Origin: Chiloscyllium plagiosum
Lineage: Eukaryota
Direction: 5' to 3'
DNA length: 20,000 bases
Assembly: GCF_004010195.1 (NCBI RefSeq)
Contig: NC_057718.1
Span: 19,461,009 to 19,481,008, forward strand
The first letter of the stretch is position 1. The number at the start of each line of letters is the position of its first letter. Under the pieces are notes generated by a model. It was not told where the DNA came from. It did no database searches and was given only the letters and a program-made list of their open reading frames with translations. Shown in pieces: positions 10,223 to 20,000 of the stretch. The position numbers were made by a program, and so were the translations under genes.

Positions 10223-11484
10223 TAAACAGTGCAAACAATCTTAGGCTGGAAAACAATGAATTCCTTGCAAATACCTCTTGTGTGAAAAGGGATGAAATCT
10301 CCCTTTGAGCTGCTTTGAACATGGAGAGCAACCACTATGATTTAGGGGAAAAAAAAATCAAAAATTGAAATGTCACCATTTGGGCCTATCTCCATTCCCA
10401 GCTTTCAAATGCTCATGTTCTTTGACCTCCCATTGAAGTTTTCAAACACTGAGTATATTTACAGCTGAAGATATACGCCTCTGTGAAGATTTGCTTTCAC
10501 AGGTCATGGTTTTATTATCAGGGCAGGTCTCGAGCTGTCAAGTTCATGGAAGCTCTGCCAGATTTTGCTTGTTAAAGGTTAGCACAGATGCCTCAATTTC
10601 ACAGAAGTCTCCAAACTGTAGCCTTGCTGTAATCTCACAAGCATCCTCCCACTTTCCAGGGACTGCTATTCCAACATGTTCAATCCTTCTGGCCAAAGTG
10701 GATAATCTATTGACAGCAAGAACCCAAAGAGCTGTAAAGATGTCACCACTACTGACAGAAAGCTCCTGAACACAAGCATTGCCACATCCACATTCATTTT
10801 CTCAGGTCACACTCAGAGGGCTTTTATTGTCATTTCCTTTATCCTTGCGTGTCTTCAGAACGCAGCAAATACAAAATGAATAAAAGAAAGGGGCGAATGC
10901 ACTTTTTAATCGACTCTGCTTCACCCTGCTACTGCATTCCTGGAAGAAAGCAGCAACCAACCATTCTTACATTAGTAAAAAGAAAATGCCAGTCACAATT
11001 AATTAATATTCCACACACAAAATCCCTCCGCTCCACTGAGAGCAGACCTGTTTCCAATAAGACAATGTTGCATTGATTTTTAAAACAAACTAAACTCTTC
11101 TTTGAAGGTCCTTGTTACCAAGTGCTGCAGAATATACCTTTCAACCTCAGTCAGCTGCAACTAGAACCTTTGTGTCCTTTTATTGCCACAGAAATAAGCC
11201 ATTACAATACCACTGCCCCTCATTCTTATGACTCTATTAAAGACACTGATGCAATTACACAGCTCGGTTCTTTTACCCCTGCAGTCTTAAAGAAAAGTAA
11301 AGTGTTGAGGTTTTTTTTCTGAGATTCGCATTTTTTTTAGTTGACCTTTCAATGTAAGTCCTTTCCATCAATGTATGAGCAAAAGGGACATTGCAGTTCT
11401 AACTGCCAATTACTGGTCGCTCAATTTGCGTAGGTTACTCATCAAGCTCCTGGCACACCACGGCAGCTCACATCAATATAAAAT

Positions 11485-11640
11485 CATCACAAAAAGGAGG
11501 AGGAGTAGGCCATTCAGCCCTTCAAGCCTGCTTTGCTATTCAATACAATCATGGCCGGCCATCTAATTCAGTCCCCTGTTCCCTCTTTCTCCCCATATCT
11601 GTTGTACCGAAGAACAATAATCAAACTCCTTTTTGAAAAC
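11485..11640 (-). mobile_element. CR1-type LINE 3' end fragment
   Basis: ggagtaggccattcagcccttcaagcctgct..ctattcaatacaatcatggc; a shorter relative lies at 9797-9865. Confidence 0.6.
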
Positions 11641-11696
11641 AACCAGATTTCAAGATATTATGGCTGGGTATATCTCTGATTTTCTCCCATTTCAGA

Positions 11697-12240
11697 TTAG
11701 AATAGAATGGCACATAGAATCCATACAGTATGGAAGCAGGCCATTCAGCCCATTGAGTCCACATCAACCTTCCAAAGAGCATCCCACCCAGTCCCACCTC
11801 CACTCCCTATCCCTGTAACCCTGCACACCTTTGGACTGTGGGAGGAAACTCACACCGACATGGGGAGAATGTGCAAAGTCCACAGACAGTCGCCCGAGGC
11901 TGGAATCGAACCCAGGTTTCTGGCGCTGAGAGGCAGCAGCGCTAATCACTGAGGCACCGTGGCACCTGACTGTTGTGCCAAGCTATGTTTGACTGTGAGC
12001 TAGCCTGGGTGATGGTATGAGTCAAGATTAGAGCGGTGCTGGAATGCAATTTAACATGGCCAATCCACCTAACCTGCGCATCTTTAGACTGTGGGATGAA
12101 AGTGGAGCACCCGGAGGAAACCCATGCAGACTCAGGGAGAATACACAAACTCCACGCAGACAGACACCCAAGGGTGGAATCGAACCCGGGTCCCTGGCAC
12201 TGTGAGGCAGCTGTGCTAACTACTGGGCCACCATGCCGCC
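11697..12240 (-). mobile_element. HE1-like tRNA-derived SINE interrupted by a 225-bp copied segment (11820-12044)
   Basis: Tail at about 11697-11820; body and head at 12045-12240 (minus strand ggcggcatggtggcccagtagttagc, B box GGGTTCGATTCC). A further tail fragment follows at about 12245-12345. Confidence 0.85.
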
Positions 12241-12467
12241 ACCTTTTACAGTGTGGAAGCAGGCCATTCAGCCCATGGAGTCCACATTGACCATCCAAAG
12301 AGCACCCCGCCCTTCTATCCCTTTAACCCTGCATTACCATGGCTGGATAACAGCAACGGAGAGGGTTTTCCCATTGTGGAATCACAACGTACACCAGGGA
12401 ATGGAGATCTCTCATAGCTGGGCAGTTTGGATATTGCAAAGTGAATCTGCACAACTGAAGGAGGATG

Positions 12468-12780
12468 ACAACAAAACATCATCTTTAAGAAGCATTTTAA
12501 GGCAGTAAAGATGGCACGATGCCTCTCAGAAGTAGGAACTAAACTTGACACCAAAGCACCTGTAGAGATATTCAGACAGGTGACCTAAACCAGGTCAGAG
12601 GGCTGCATTGTAAGGAACATCTTAAAAAGGAGTTTGAGGTGGCAAAGGTGGTTTAATAAGTGAATTCAACAGTTCAGAAATGAGGCAACGGAAAGCGTGT
12701 CTGCCTCTGGTGCAGTGATAACTATCAGGGATGCACAATAGTTCAGAATCAAAGCAGACATTAAACGGGTTACAGGCTGA
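12468..12780 (-). mobile_element. Old L2-like LINE 3' end
   Basis: acaacaaaacatc...ttgacaccaaagc...gagatattcagacaggtgacc...taaggaacatcttaaaaagga is the reverse of the tail at 9230-9390. Confidence 0.5.
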
Positions 12781-13058
12781 CAAATCATTTTCAAAAGTAC
12801 TTATACAGCAACATGAGCCAAACATCTTTGCTTTTTCAAATGCTGACAGCCCTGCTTTGTACTTTCAATATTTTCTGAGCTTTCTTTTATATTTGACTGC
12901 ATGACACAGGGAAAGCCTTGCACATTTCCTCTGAAGGGTCCATCAGCAGAAGCTTCACATTTTTGTTCATTTTTCGAGACCTGACCCCACCCGCGGAAGT
13001 TGATGCTAGGTTTTGTGGCTGTCAGGGAACCACTGACAGTAGCTATTGGGTATAACAT

Positions 13059-13196
13059 GAAGAAGGTGGGGACTGCAGATGCTGGAGATCAGAGTCGAAG
13101 AGTGTGGTGCTGGAAAAGCACAGCCAGTCAAGGCAGCATCCAAGGAGCAGGAGAATAGAATCGATGTTTCGGGCATAAGCCCTTCTTCAGGAATGA
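13059..13196 (-). mobile_element. Solo PLE terminus (family A-like) with hammerhead motif at 13190-13163
   Basis: Collinear with 8490-8606. Minus strand reads CTGAAGA-A-GGGC-TTAT-GCCC-GAAA-C-ATC. Confidence 0.8.
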
Positions 13197-13344
13197 GCAT
13201 GCCTAACACATGTTCTGGCAAGTGACATTGACCAGTTGGTGACAGGGGCAACCATGATGGACAAGCTATTTTGTCCCACATTTGACTATCACTTTAGTGA
13301 ACTGGGGATTTCCAGTACACACAATGACAGAAGATTTACTGATC

Positions 13345-13666
13345 AAAGAATCCCTACAGTGTGGAAGCAAGCCATTCATACTGACCCTCCAAAGAGCATC
13401 CCACACCCACCCAGACCCACTTCCCTACCATATCCCTGTAACTTGTATTTCCCACTGCTAATCCACCTAAGCTACACATCCCTGGACACTATGGGCAACT
13501 TAGCATGACCAATCCACCTAACCTGCACACCTTTGGACTGTGGGAGGAAACTCACACCGACATGGGGAGAATGTGCAAAATCCACAGACAGTCGCCCGAG
13601 GCTGGAATCGAACCCAGGTTTCTGGTGCTGAGAGGCAGCAGCGCTAATCACTGAGGCACCGTGGCA
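13345..13666 (-). mobile_element. HE1-like tRNA-derived SINE
   Basis: Minus-strand head gtgccacggtgcctcagtgattagc, B box GGGTTCGATTCC, core gagtttcctcccacagtccaaag, LINE-like tail. Confidence 0.85.
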
Positions 13667-13730
13667 CCTGACTGTTGTGCCAACAAAACCCAAGCTATGT
13701 TTGACTGTGAGCTAACCTGGGTGATGGTAT

Positions 13731-14273
13731 GAGTCAAGATTAGAGCGGTGCTGGAAAAGCACTGCAGGTCAGGGAGCATCTGAGGAGCAGGAAAAACAAT
13801 GTTTCAGTCAAAAGCCCTTCATCAGAAATCCGGAGGGCTTTTGCCCAAAACATTGATTTTCCTGCTCCTCGGATACTGCCTGAACTGCTGTGCTTTTCCA
13901 GCACTACTCTAATTAGATTAGATTAGATTAGAGTGTGGAAACAGGCCCTTCGGCCCAACAAGTCCACACCGCCCTGCCGAAGCGCAACCCACCCATACCC
14001 CTACGTTTACCCCTTACCTAACACTACGGGCAATTTAGTATGGCCAATTCACCTGGCCCTGCACATCTTTGGACTGTGGGAGGAAACCGGAGCACCCGGA
14101 AGAAACCCACGCAGACACGGAGAGAACGTGCAAACTCCACACAGTCAGTCACCTGAGGCGGGAATTGAACCCGGGTCTCTGGCGCTGTGAGGCAGCAGTG
14201 CTAACCACTGTGCCACCGTGCCGCCCACGGTGTTGACTCTAAATCTCCAGCATCTGCAGTACCTACTTTCGCC
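13731..14273. mobile_element. Palindromic mini-element of inverted family A PLE termini, right arm interrupted by a SINE
   Basis: Arms about 13731-13818 and 13834-13913. The right arm resumes at 14233 (ttgactct..ctccagcatctgcagtacctactttcgcc). Confidence 0.8.
13913..14226 (-). mobile_element. Young full-length HE1-like tRNA-derived SINE
   Basis: A box TGGCACAGTGG, B box GGTTCAATTCC, CpG-rich, (CTAAT)n tail. Near-identical to 18033-18338. Confidence 0.92.
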
Positions 14274-14649
14274 TGGGTATGAGCTTATCACATTGGATTG
14301 CTAAAAGAAAACTGCAATTCAACAGGTTTGTGAAGCCTCAGACCATTGACAACATTCATCTTAACTACTGCCAAGTTAGTAATGTAACAAATAGATGTTA
14401 AAGATTACAAATACAAGCACATGGATGTCAACAATATTAAAATTGTAGAAGAAAATTTCTATTTTTACCGTGGTTTCACAAAACCTCAGGACATCGCTGT
14501 GGTTTTGCAGTCAAGTAAATGCAGTTTTTGAAGCTGAACTTTCAACATTCTGACTCGGAGGCAGCAGCATAATCACATAACCATGACTGACGTGTAAAGT
14601 GATAGTCAATACTATCCGAAAATAGTTGATCACTCCGAACATATACAAA

Positions 14650-15472
14650 TAGAGTCATAGAGTCATACAGCATGGAAACAGAGCCTTTGGTCCAACTCGT
14701 CCATGCCGGCCAGTTTTTCCAAACTAAACTAGTCCCACTTGCCTACATTTGGTCCATATCCCTCTAAACATTTCCTATTCATATACCTATCCAAATATCT
14801 TTGCAACTGTACCTGCATCTACCACTTCCTCTGGCAGTTCATTCCACATTTGAACCACCCTCCGTGTGAAAAAGTTGCCCCTCAGGTCCCTTTTAAATCT
14901 TTCTCCTTTCACCTCAAAGTATACTCCCCAGGGAAAAGACCGATGCTACATACCTTATCTATGCCCCCCATAATTTTATGAGCTTCTATCAGGTCACCCC
15001 TCAACCTCCTACACTCCAGTGAAAAAAGTGCCAGCCTCTCCTTATACCTCAAACCCTCCAATCCTGACAACGTCTTTGTAAATCTTTTCTGAACTCTCTA
15101 ATTTAATAATAATATCCTTCCAATAGCAGGGTGACTAGAAATGTACACAGTGCTCCAAAAGTAGCCTCACCAACGTCTTCTGCAACCTCAACATGATGTC
15201 CTAACTCCTTTACTCAATGGTCTGAATAATGAAGGCAAGCATGCTAAATGCCTTCTTAACCACACTATCTATTTGGTTAAAAGAACTATGTACCTGAACC
15301 CCTAGGTCTTTCTGTTTGACAACTCTACTCAGGTCTCTACCATAAATCGGATAAGTGCTGCTCTCGTTCATTTTACCAAAATGCAATCCTTCGCATTTAT
15401 CCAAATTAAACTCCATCTGCCGATCCTCAGCCCATTGACCCAATTGGTCAAGATCCCTTTGCAATCGTAGAT
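14650..15472 (-). mobile_element. 5'-truncated CR1 LINE (RT C-terminus to 3' end)
   Basis: LQRDLDQLGQWAEDRQMEFNLDKCEGLHFG...KDLGVQVHSS is a classic CR1 ORF2 motif. The 3' end is a (TGACTCTA)2 repeat. Confidence 0.92.
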
Positions 15473-16204
15473 AAAATTTGAGGGCAAGAGACTTCCAAAT
15501 CTTCAGAAAATATCTATGCCTTGCTTTTGGAGTGAATATCTAATTTGAAGTAGAATTGTTTTTCCTCCATAATAGATGATGTTCATCTAACCATTCATCC
15601 TGGATATCCCAATACACAGCGCCATTTCTGTTCTAAATTTACCAGTACGTGACTAAACTAAGGCCAAGGCACCTTCTGGCGAATGCAGCTCTCTCCGATA
15701 TAGTAATGTGCTAGCGGCAGTAATACATTCCTGCTGACACTATCTATGAAAGTAGTCATTTAGAGGTCATTTGAAAGCTGTAAATGGCTCATTGCAACAA
15801 ACTGAATCTGGTGGATGGACAAGATAATAGACCATGAGACCAATTTATGATTAATAGCTGAATACACAAGACCTGGAGAGGTGGAGTAAGGGGTAGTGGA
15901 CACATCATTAGGCAGATCACTACTAAATATCTGATCTCAACTGGTTTATAATTTATGAAAAATGTACTGATCATTAATAATACTTTCTTGTCATGTAGTC
16001 TGCAAGTGCTCCAAAACATAAATGTTGGTCACAGACAAGGGGTGCTATGATGTGGAACCCAGTGTATATATTAAGCCGCAGGATGAAAACTGTTACATCT
16101 GTTTCTTCCTCCTCCCATTAGATTAAAATTCCAATTAAATTTCAAACTATGAACTCTTTAAACTTGTGGTAATTCAACACTCTGCTGCATAAATCTTAAT
16201 TTGC

Positions 16205-16490
16205 AGCAAGCCCCATTCCACTATTGACTATGTGCTCATGATTTACATTGGCTCCTGGTCAAGCAAAGTCCTGATTTTAATGTTCTCATCCTTGTTTTCA
16301 GATCTCTTCATGATCTCACTCTCCCCTGCTCTGTAATCTCTTCCAACACCCCTTCTCCCACTAACCTCCCTCCACCCCACAACCTTTCGTAACACCTGCA
16401 TTTTTCTAATTCTGAATTCTTGGGCATTCCCAACTACAAATGCTCCATCACTGATGAACAATTGCTTAAGTGCCAGGATCTGGAATACTT
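16205..16490 (+). mobile_element. Degenerate L2 LINE ORF2 C-terminal fragment
   Basis: DLHWLLVKQSPDFNVLILVFRSLH resembles the L2 LHWLPV..RI.FKIL.L.FK.LH motif. Confidence 0.7.
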
Positions 16491-16509
16491 TTATCACTTA
16501 GAGGTAGAT

Positions 16510-16680
16510 TGTGGTGTGTTGGTAATGTTGATTATGACATTTGACAAATAATTCTGGGGACATGCAACTGACAGGTGTTTAAATTCAACTAATACATTTG
16601 GAATACAAAGCTAACTCAGCATTCTGAGAACAATTATTATTATCGACGTGTTAAGAGTGCAAGGACTCTTCACTGTTGTT
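16510..16680 (+). mobile_element. Possible ancient SINE fragment
   Basis: A-box-like gtggtgtgttggtaatgt, then tctggggacatg and aaattcaactaatacatttggaatacaaagcta; highly decayed. Confidence 0.35.
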
Positions 16681-17844
16681 AATTAAAGGCACAAAACCAC
16701 AAGTGAAGATTCTTACAAAAGCAACAAATAGCCCAATCTCCTGTTTCAGTTTTCTCCCTGTTTTCCGTTGACCCACCTAAAACATTTAAGGAGAGGGTAG
16801 GGACAATGCTGTCAGCAGCCACTGTCAAAGGTCATAGGTGATTAAAATGGCCGCTCATACACATCGGGAAGTCAAGAATAACAGGGGGAAATGTTGAAGT
16901 TGGAGAAAAACAAATTACATTGCGGCTTCATATAAGCCAACGCCCTTTAGCAGCAATTTGAAGTAACAACACTGAATCATTCAGAGTCATTTGTGCTGTC
17001 ATTAGCTACAGACCAACTGCCACCCACACAGTGCAGATTACATATGAAATGAAAGTGCCTGGGCATCTTCACGGAACTGAAGATAAATTGTGAAGGAGCA
17101 GCAAAAGATTCTTCTCACATGTTTATCTGGAATTGTCACATTTCAAATCTGCTACTGTCCTTGGACTAAGGAGCTGAAAATCTTGCCAACTGTCACATTT
17201 AACATTGTGCAAAAAGCAGCCTGATACAAATGGGTAAAATATGGATGATGATTTCCTGTAATCTAAGCCATTAGTGCTTCTAAATAATTAGTATGAGAAT
17301 GATTAAACATTTCAGAATTTCGATGACAAGTGAAGGCAGCTGCTTGTGGTATTTACTCTCACTAAAGGTTTTCTGGGGCGATCTAACCAAGGAGCCCAGT
17401 ATGATACAATGTGGAGAATGTTGAAGTGGCTATCCTGGTGACACACCCTAAAATCCAAGACACTTAGAGTCCAGACCAGAGTTGGGAGAATCCTGTGACA
17501 CAGCCAATGTGATAATGGAGCAACTTATAACAAACAAAGCAGTGTGACACCAAAATAAGGGAAAAGTTCCAGACAACATCTTCACACTTCTCCTTTCACC
17601 TGTGAAGTCTACATCAACTCGAACCTTGTCAGGAAATGAAAGCCATCCTGCCCCTAGCTCTTATTAAATACTCCATGGATGGTCTTTGACTCCCTGCATT
17701 CATTTCAAACTGAACAACCTAGTTGTTAAGCTCCATAAAATCCACTTATCGGTCGTTTTTTATCCCTCAGTTATTTTGGGCCAGAGTGGTTTTGGCTCAG
17801 TGAGGATTATGCTGTGAAAATTGAGAGAAATTGCAGCAGTTAAG

Positions 17845-18442
17845 GACAAGAACAGCATGGAATTAGGTACAGAGTAAAGCTCTTTCTACACTAACTCCCC
17901 CATCAAAGACTCCCAGGGCAGTGACAGCACAGGGTTAGATACAGAGTAAAACTCCTTCAACACTGATTCCCTCCACCCCAACCCCAATCAAAGACTCCCA
18001 GGACAGCGACAGCACCGGGTTAGATACAAAATGGGTGGCACGGTGGCACAGTGGTTAGCACTGCTGCCTCACAGCGCCAGAGACCTGGGTTCAATTCCCG
18101 CCTCAGGTGACTGACTGTGTGGAGTTTGCACGTTCTCCTCGTGTCTGCATGGGTTTCCTCCGGGTGCTCCGGTTTCCTCCCACAGTCCAAAGATGTGCGG
18201 GTCAGGTAAATTGGCCAGGCTAAATTGTCTGTAGCGTTAGGTAAGGGGTAAACGTAGGGGTATGGGTGGGTTGAGCTTCGGCAGGGCGGTGTGGACTTGT
18301 TGGGCCGAAGGGCCTGTTTCCACACTATAAGTAATCTAAAGTAAAGCTCCTTCTACAGTGTTCCCCCATCAAAGACTCCCAGGACAGCAACAGCATGAAG
18401 TTAGAGACAGAGTAAAGCTCCCTTTACTGTATCCCAATCAAT
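17845..18442 (+). repeat. Short tandem array (about 4 units of 70-80 bp) of a shark satellite-like repeat, interrupted by a SINE
   Basis: Recurring gggttagatacagagtaaagctcc.tctacac...ccccatcaaagactcccaggacag.gacagca at about 17862, 17932, 18017/18339 and 18400. Confidence 0.85.
18033..18338 (+). mobile_element. Young full-length HE1-like tRNA-derived SINE
   Basis: gggtggcacggTGGCACAGTGGttagc...gGGTTCAATTCCcg; near-identical inverted copy of 13913-14226. Confidence 0.92.
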
Positions 18443-18444
18443 AT

Positions 18445-18610
18445 AGGAGTTCAGAAATCATTTGAAGTTGTACAGGACATTGGTGAGGCCTCTTCTGAAG
18501 TACTGTGTGCAGTTCTGCTCACCCTGTTATGGGAGGGCTATTATTACATTGGAAAGGATTCAGAAAAGATTTACCAGTATGTTGTCAGGACTGGAGGGTT
18601 TGAATTATAG
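18445..18610 (+). mobile_element. CR1 LINE ORF2 fragment, cut by the PLE insertion
   Basis: LYRTLVRPLLKYCVQFCSPCYGRAIITLERIQKRFTSMLSGLEGLNY matches the CR1 LY..LVRP.LEYCVQFWSP motif. Confidence 0.9.
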
Positions 18611-19502
18611 TCTAGATTAGAGTGGTGCTGGAAAAGCACAGCAGTTCAGGCAGCATCTGAGAAGCCAGTAAAGTTGACGTTTCAGGCAAAAGCCCTTCAT
18701 CAGGAATACAGGCAGAGTGCCTGAAGGGTGGAGAGATAAATGAGAGGAGGGTAGGGGTGGGGATCCTCCAGGCGTCTGGTGGTGAGGGAGCAGCGGTGAA
18801 GGAGGCCCAGGACCTCCATGTCCTCGGCAGAGTGGGAGGGGGAGTTGAAATGTTGGGCCACGGGGCGGTGTGGTTGATTGGTGTGGGTGTCCCAGAGATG
18901 TTTCCTAAAACACTCTGCTAGGAGGCATCCAGTCTCCCCAATGTAGAGGAGACTGCATCGAGAGCAACGGATACAATAAATGATATTGGTGGATGTGCAA
19001 GCAAAACTTTGATTGATGTGGAAGGCTCCGTTAGGGCCTTGGATGCAGGTGAGGGAGGAGGTGTGGGCGCAGGTTTTGCAATTCCTGCGGTGGCAGGGGA
19101 GGGTGCCAGGAGGGCGTGGACCTGATCAGGTAGTCACGGAGGGAACAATCTTTGCGGAAGGCGGAAAGGGGTGGGGAGTGAAATATATCCCTGGTGGGAG
19201 GGTCCGTTTGGAGGTGGCAGAAATGTCTTCAGATGATTTGGTTTATACGAAGGCTGGTAGGGTGGAAGGTGAGCACAAGGGGCGTTCTGTCCTTGTTACG
19301 GTGGGAGGGGTGGGGTCTGAGGGCGGAAATGCGGGATGTGGACGAGATGCGTTGGAGGGCATCTTTAACCACGTGGGAAGGGAAATTGCAGTCTGTAAAG
19401 AAGAAGGCCATCTGGTGTGTTCTGTGGTGGAACTGGTCCTCCTGGGAGTAGATACAGTGGAGGCAGAGTGATTGGGAATACGGGATGGCATTTTTGCAGG
19501 AG
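18611..19502 (-). mobile_element. Penelope-like element (family A) 3' part: post-RT linker, GIY-YIG endonuclease, terminus with hammerhead at 18703-18676
   Basis: SCKNAIPYSQ...MAFFFTDCNFPSHVVKDAL...DRTPLVLTFHP...IIY (18984-18976) CIRCSRCSLL YIG (18945-18937) ETG. Frameshifts and an internal deletion near 18763. Confidence 0.92.
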
Positions 19503-20000
19503 GACTACGGTTCCCAGTCCTCACCCTCGCCCACGCATCAATGAATTTAATACACGCCATGACATCGAACACTTCTTCCGCCTTCTCCACATCCGAGCTT
19601 ACTTTCACAATCAGGACTCCCGCCCACCTTCCGAGGACCCCTTCACCCGCCTTCAACACACTGCATCCACCTGGACCCGCGCTGGCCTATTACCAGTCCT
19701 TGACCTCTTCATTTCCAATTGCTGCCGGGACATTAACCACCTCAACCTGTCTACCCCCCTCCCCCACTCCAACTCTCACCCTCACAACGCGCAGCCCTCC
19801 AATCCCTCTGCTCCAATCCCAACCTCACCATCAAGCCAGCGGATAAAAGGGGCGCAGTGGTAGTCTGGCGCACTGACCTCTACACCGCTGAAGCCAAACG
19901 CCAACTCGAGGACACTTCTTCCTACCGCCCCCTCAACCATGACCCCACCCCCCATCACCAAACCATCATCTCCCAGACCATACAGAACCTCATCACCTCA
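19500..20000 (+). mobile_element. Penelope-like element ORF region upstream of the RT core, inverted relative to 18611-19502; runs off the window
   Basis: PRINEFNTRHDIEHFFRLLHIRAYF...NPNLTIKPADKRGAVVVWRTDLY; IKPADKG.AVVV is characteristic of PLE proteins. Frameshifted. Confidence 0.88.

Noticed and set aside
10491..10800. Overlapping open frames on both strands (92 aa on +, about 85 codons on -)
   Set aside because: No ATG start, no recognisable domain and no convincing splice sites; lengths are compatible with chance.
12801..13058. SLTATKPSINFR, loosely similar to the TLTATNFRV end of the preceding LTBP1 exon
   Set aside because: It lacks the 4-Cys IKVVFTP...C motif and suitable splice sites. 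The real upstream exon appears to lie beyond the window.
11707..14190. Many 60-120 aa ORFs (WKQA.., LWEET.., AGIEP..)
   Set aside because: They are recurrent SINE translations, not genes.
18033..18110. tRNA-like sequence with A and B boxes
   Set aside because: It is a SINE head continuing into the SINE body; no cloverleaf or terminator is evident.
17845..18442. CRISPR-like regularly spaced repeats
   Set aside because: The context is eukaryotic, whole units repeat without unique spacers, and there are no cas genes.

Overview
This is vertebrate genomic DNA, almost certainly from a cartilaginous fish (shark), judged by its repeats: HE1-like tRNA-derived SINEs, CR1/L2 LINEs, Penelope-like elements (PLEs) and a GGGTTAGATACAGAGTAAAGCTCC-type tandem repeat. 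It lies inside an LTBP1 gene on the minus strand. Two phase-compatible coding exons are present: 4981-4766 (EGF-like domain) and 1353-1076 (KFPPNIVNIHVKHPPEA up to the start of the hybrid/TB domain). The rest is repeat-rich intron. Main points for a second look: (1) about ten minimal hammerhead-ribozyme-like motifs of three sequence types at PLE termini, one with a perfect core at 621-648; (2) about 200-bp palindromic mini-elements made of inverted ribozyme-bearing termini, two with clean 12-14 bp target duplications; (3) a 225-bp locally templated duplication inside a SINE; (4) a PLE with a twin-priming-like inversion; (5) a candidate cassette/poison exon at 9622-9497. All calls are by eye, without database searches. 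Repeat boundaries are approximate. Hammerheads in PLEs are a known phenomenon; I cannot show that anything here is a wholly new system.
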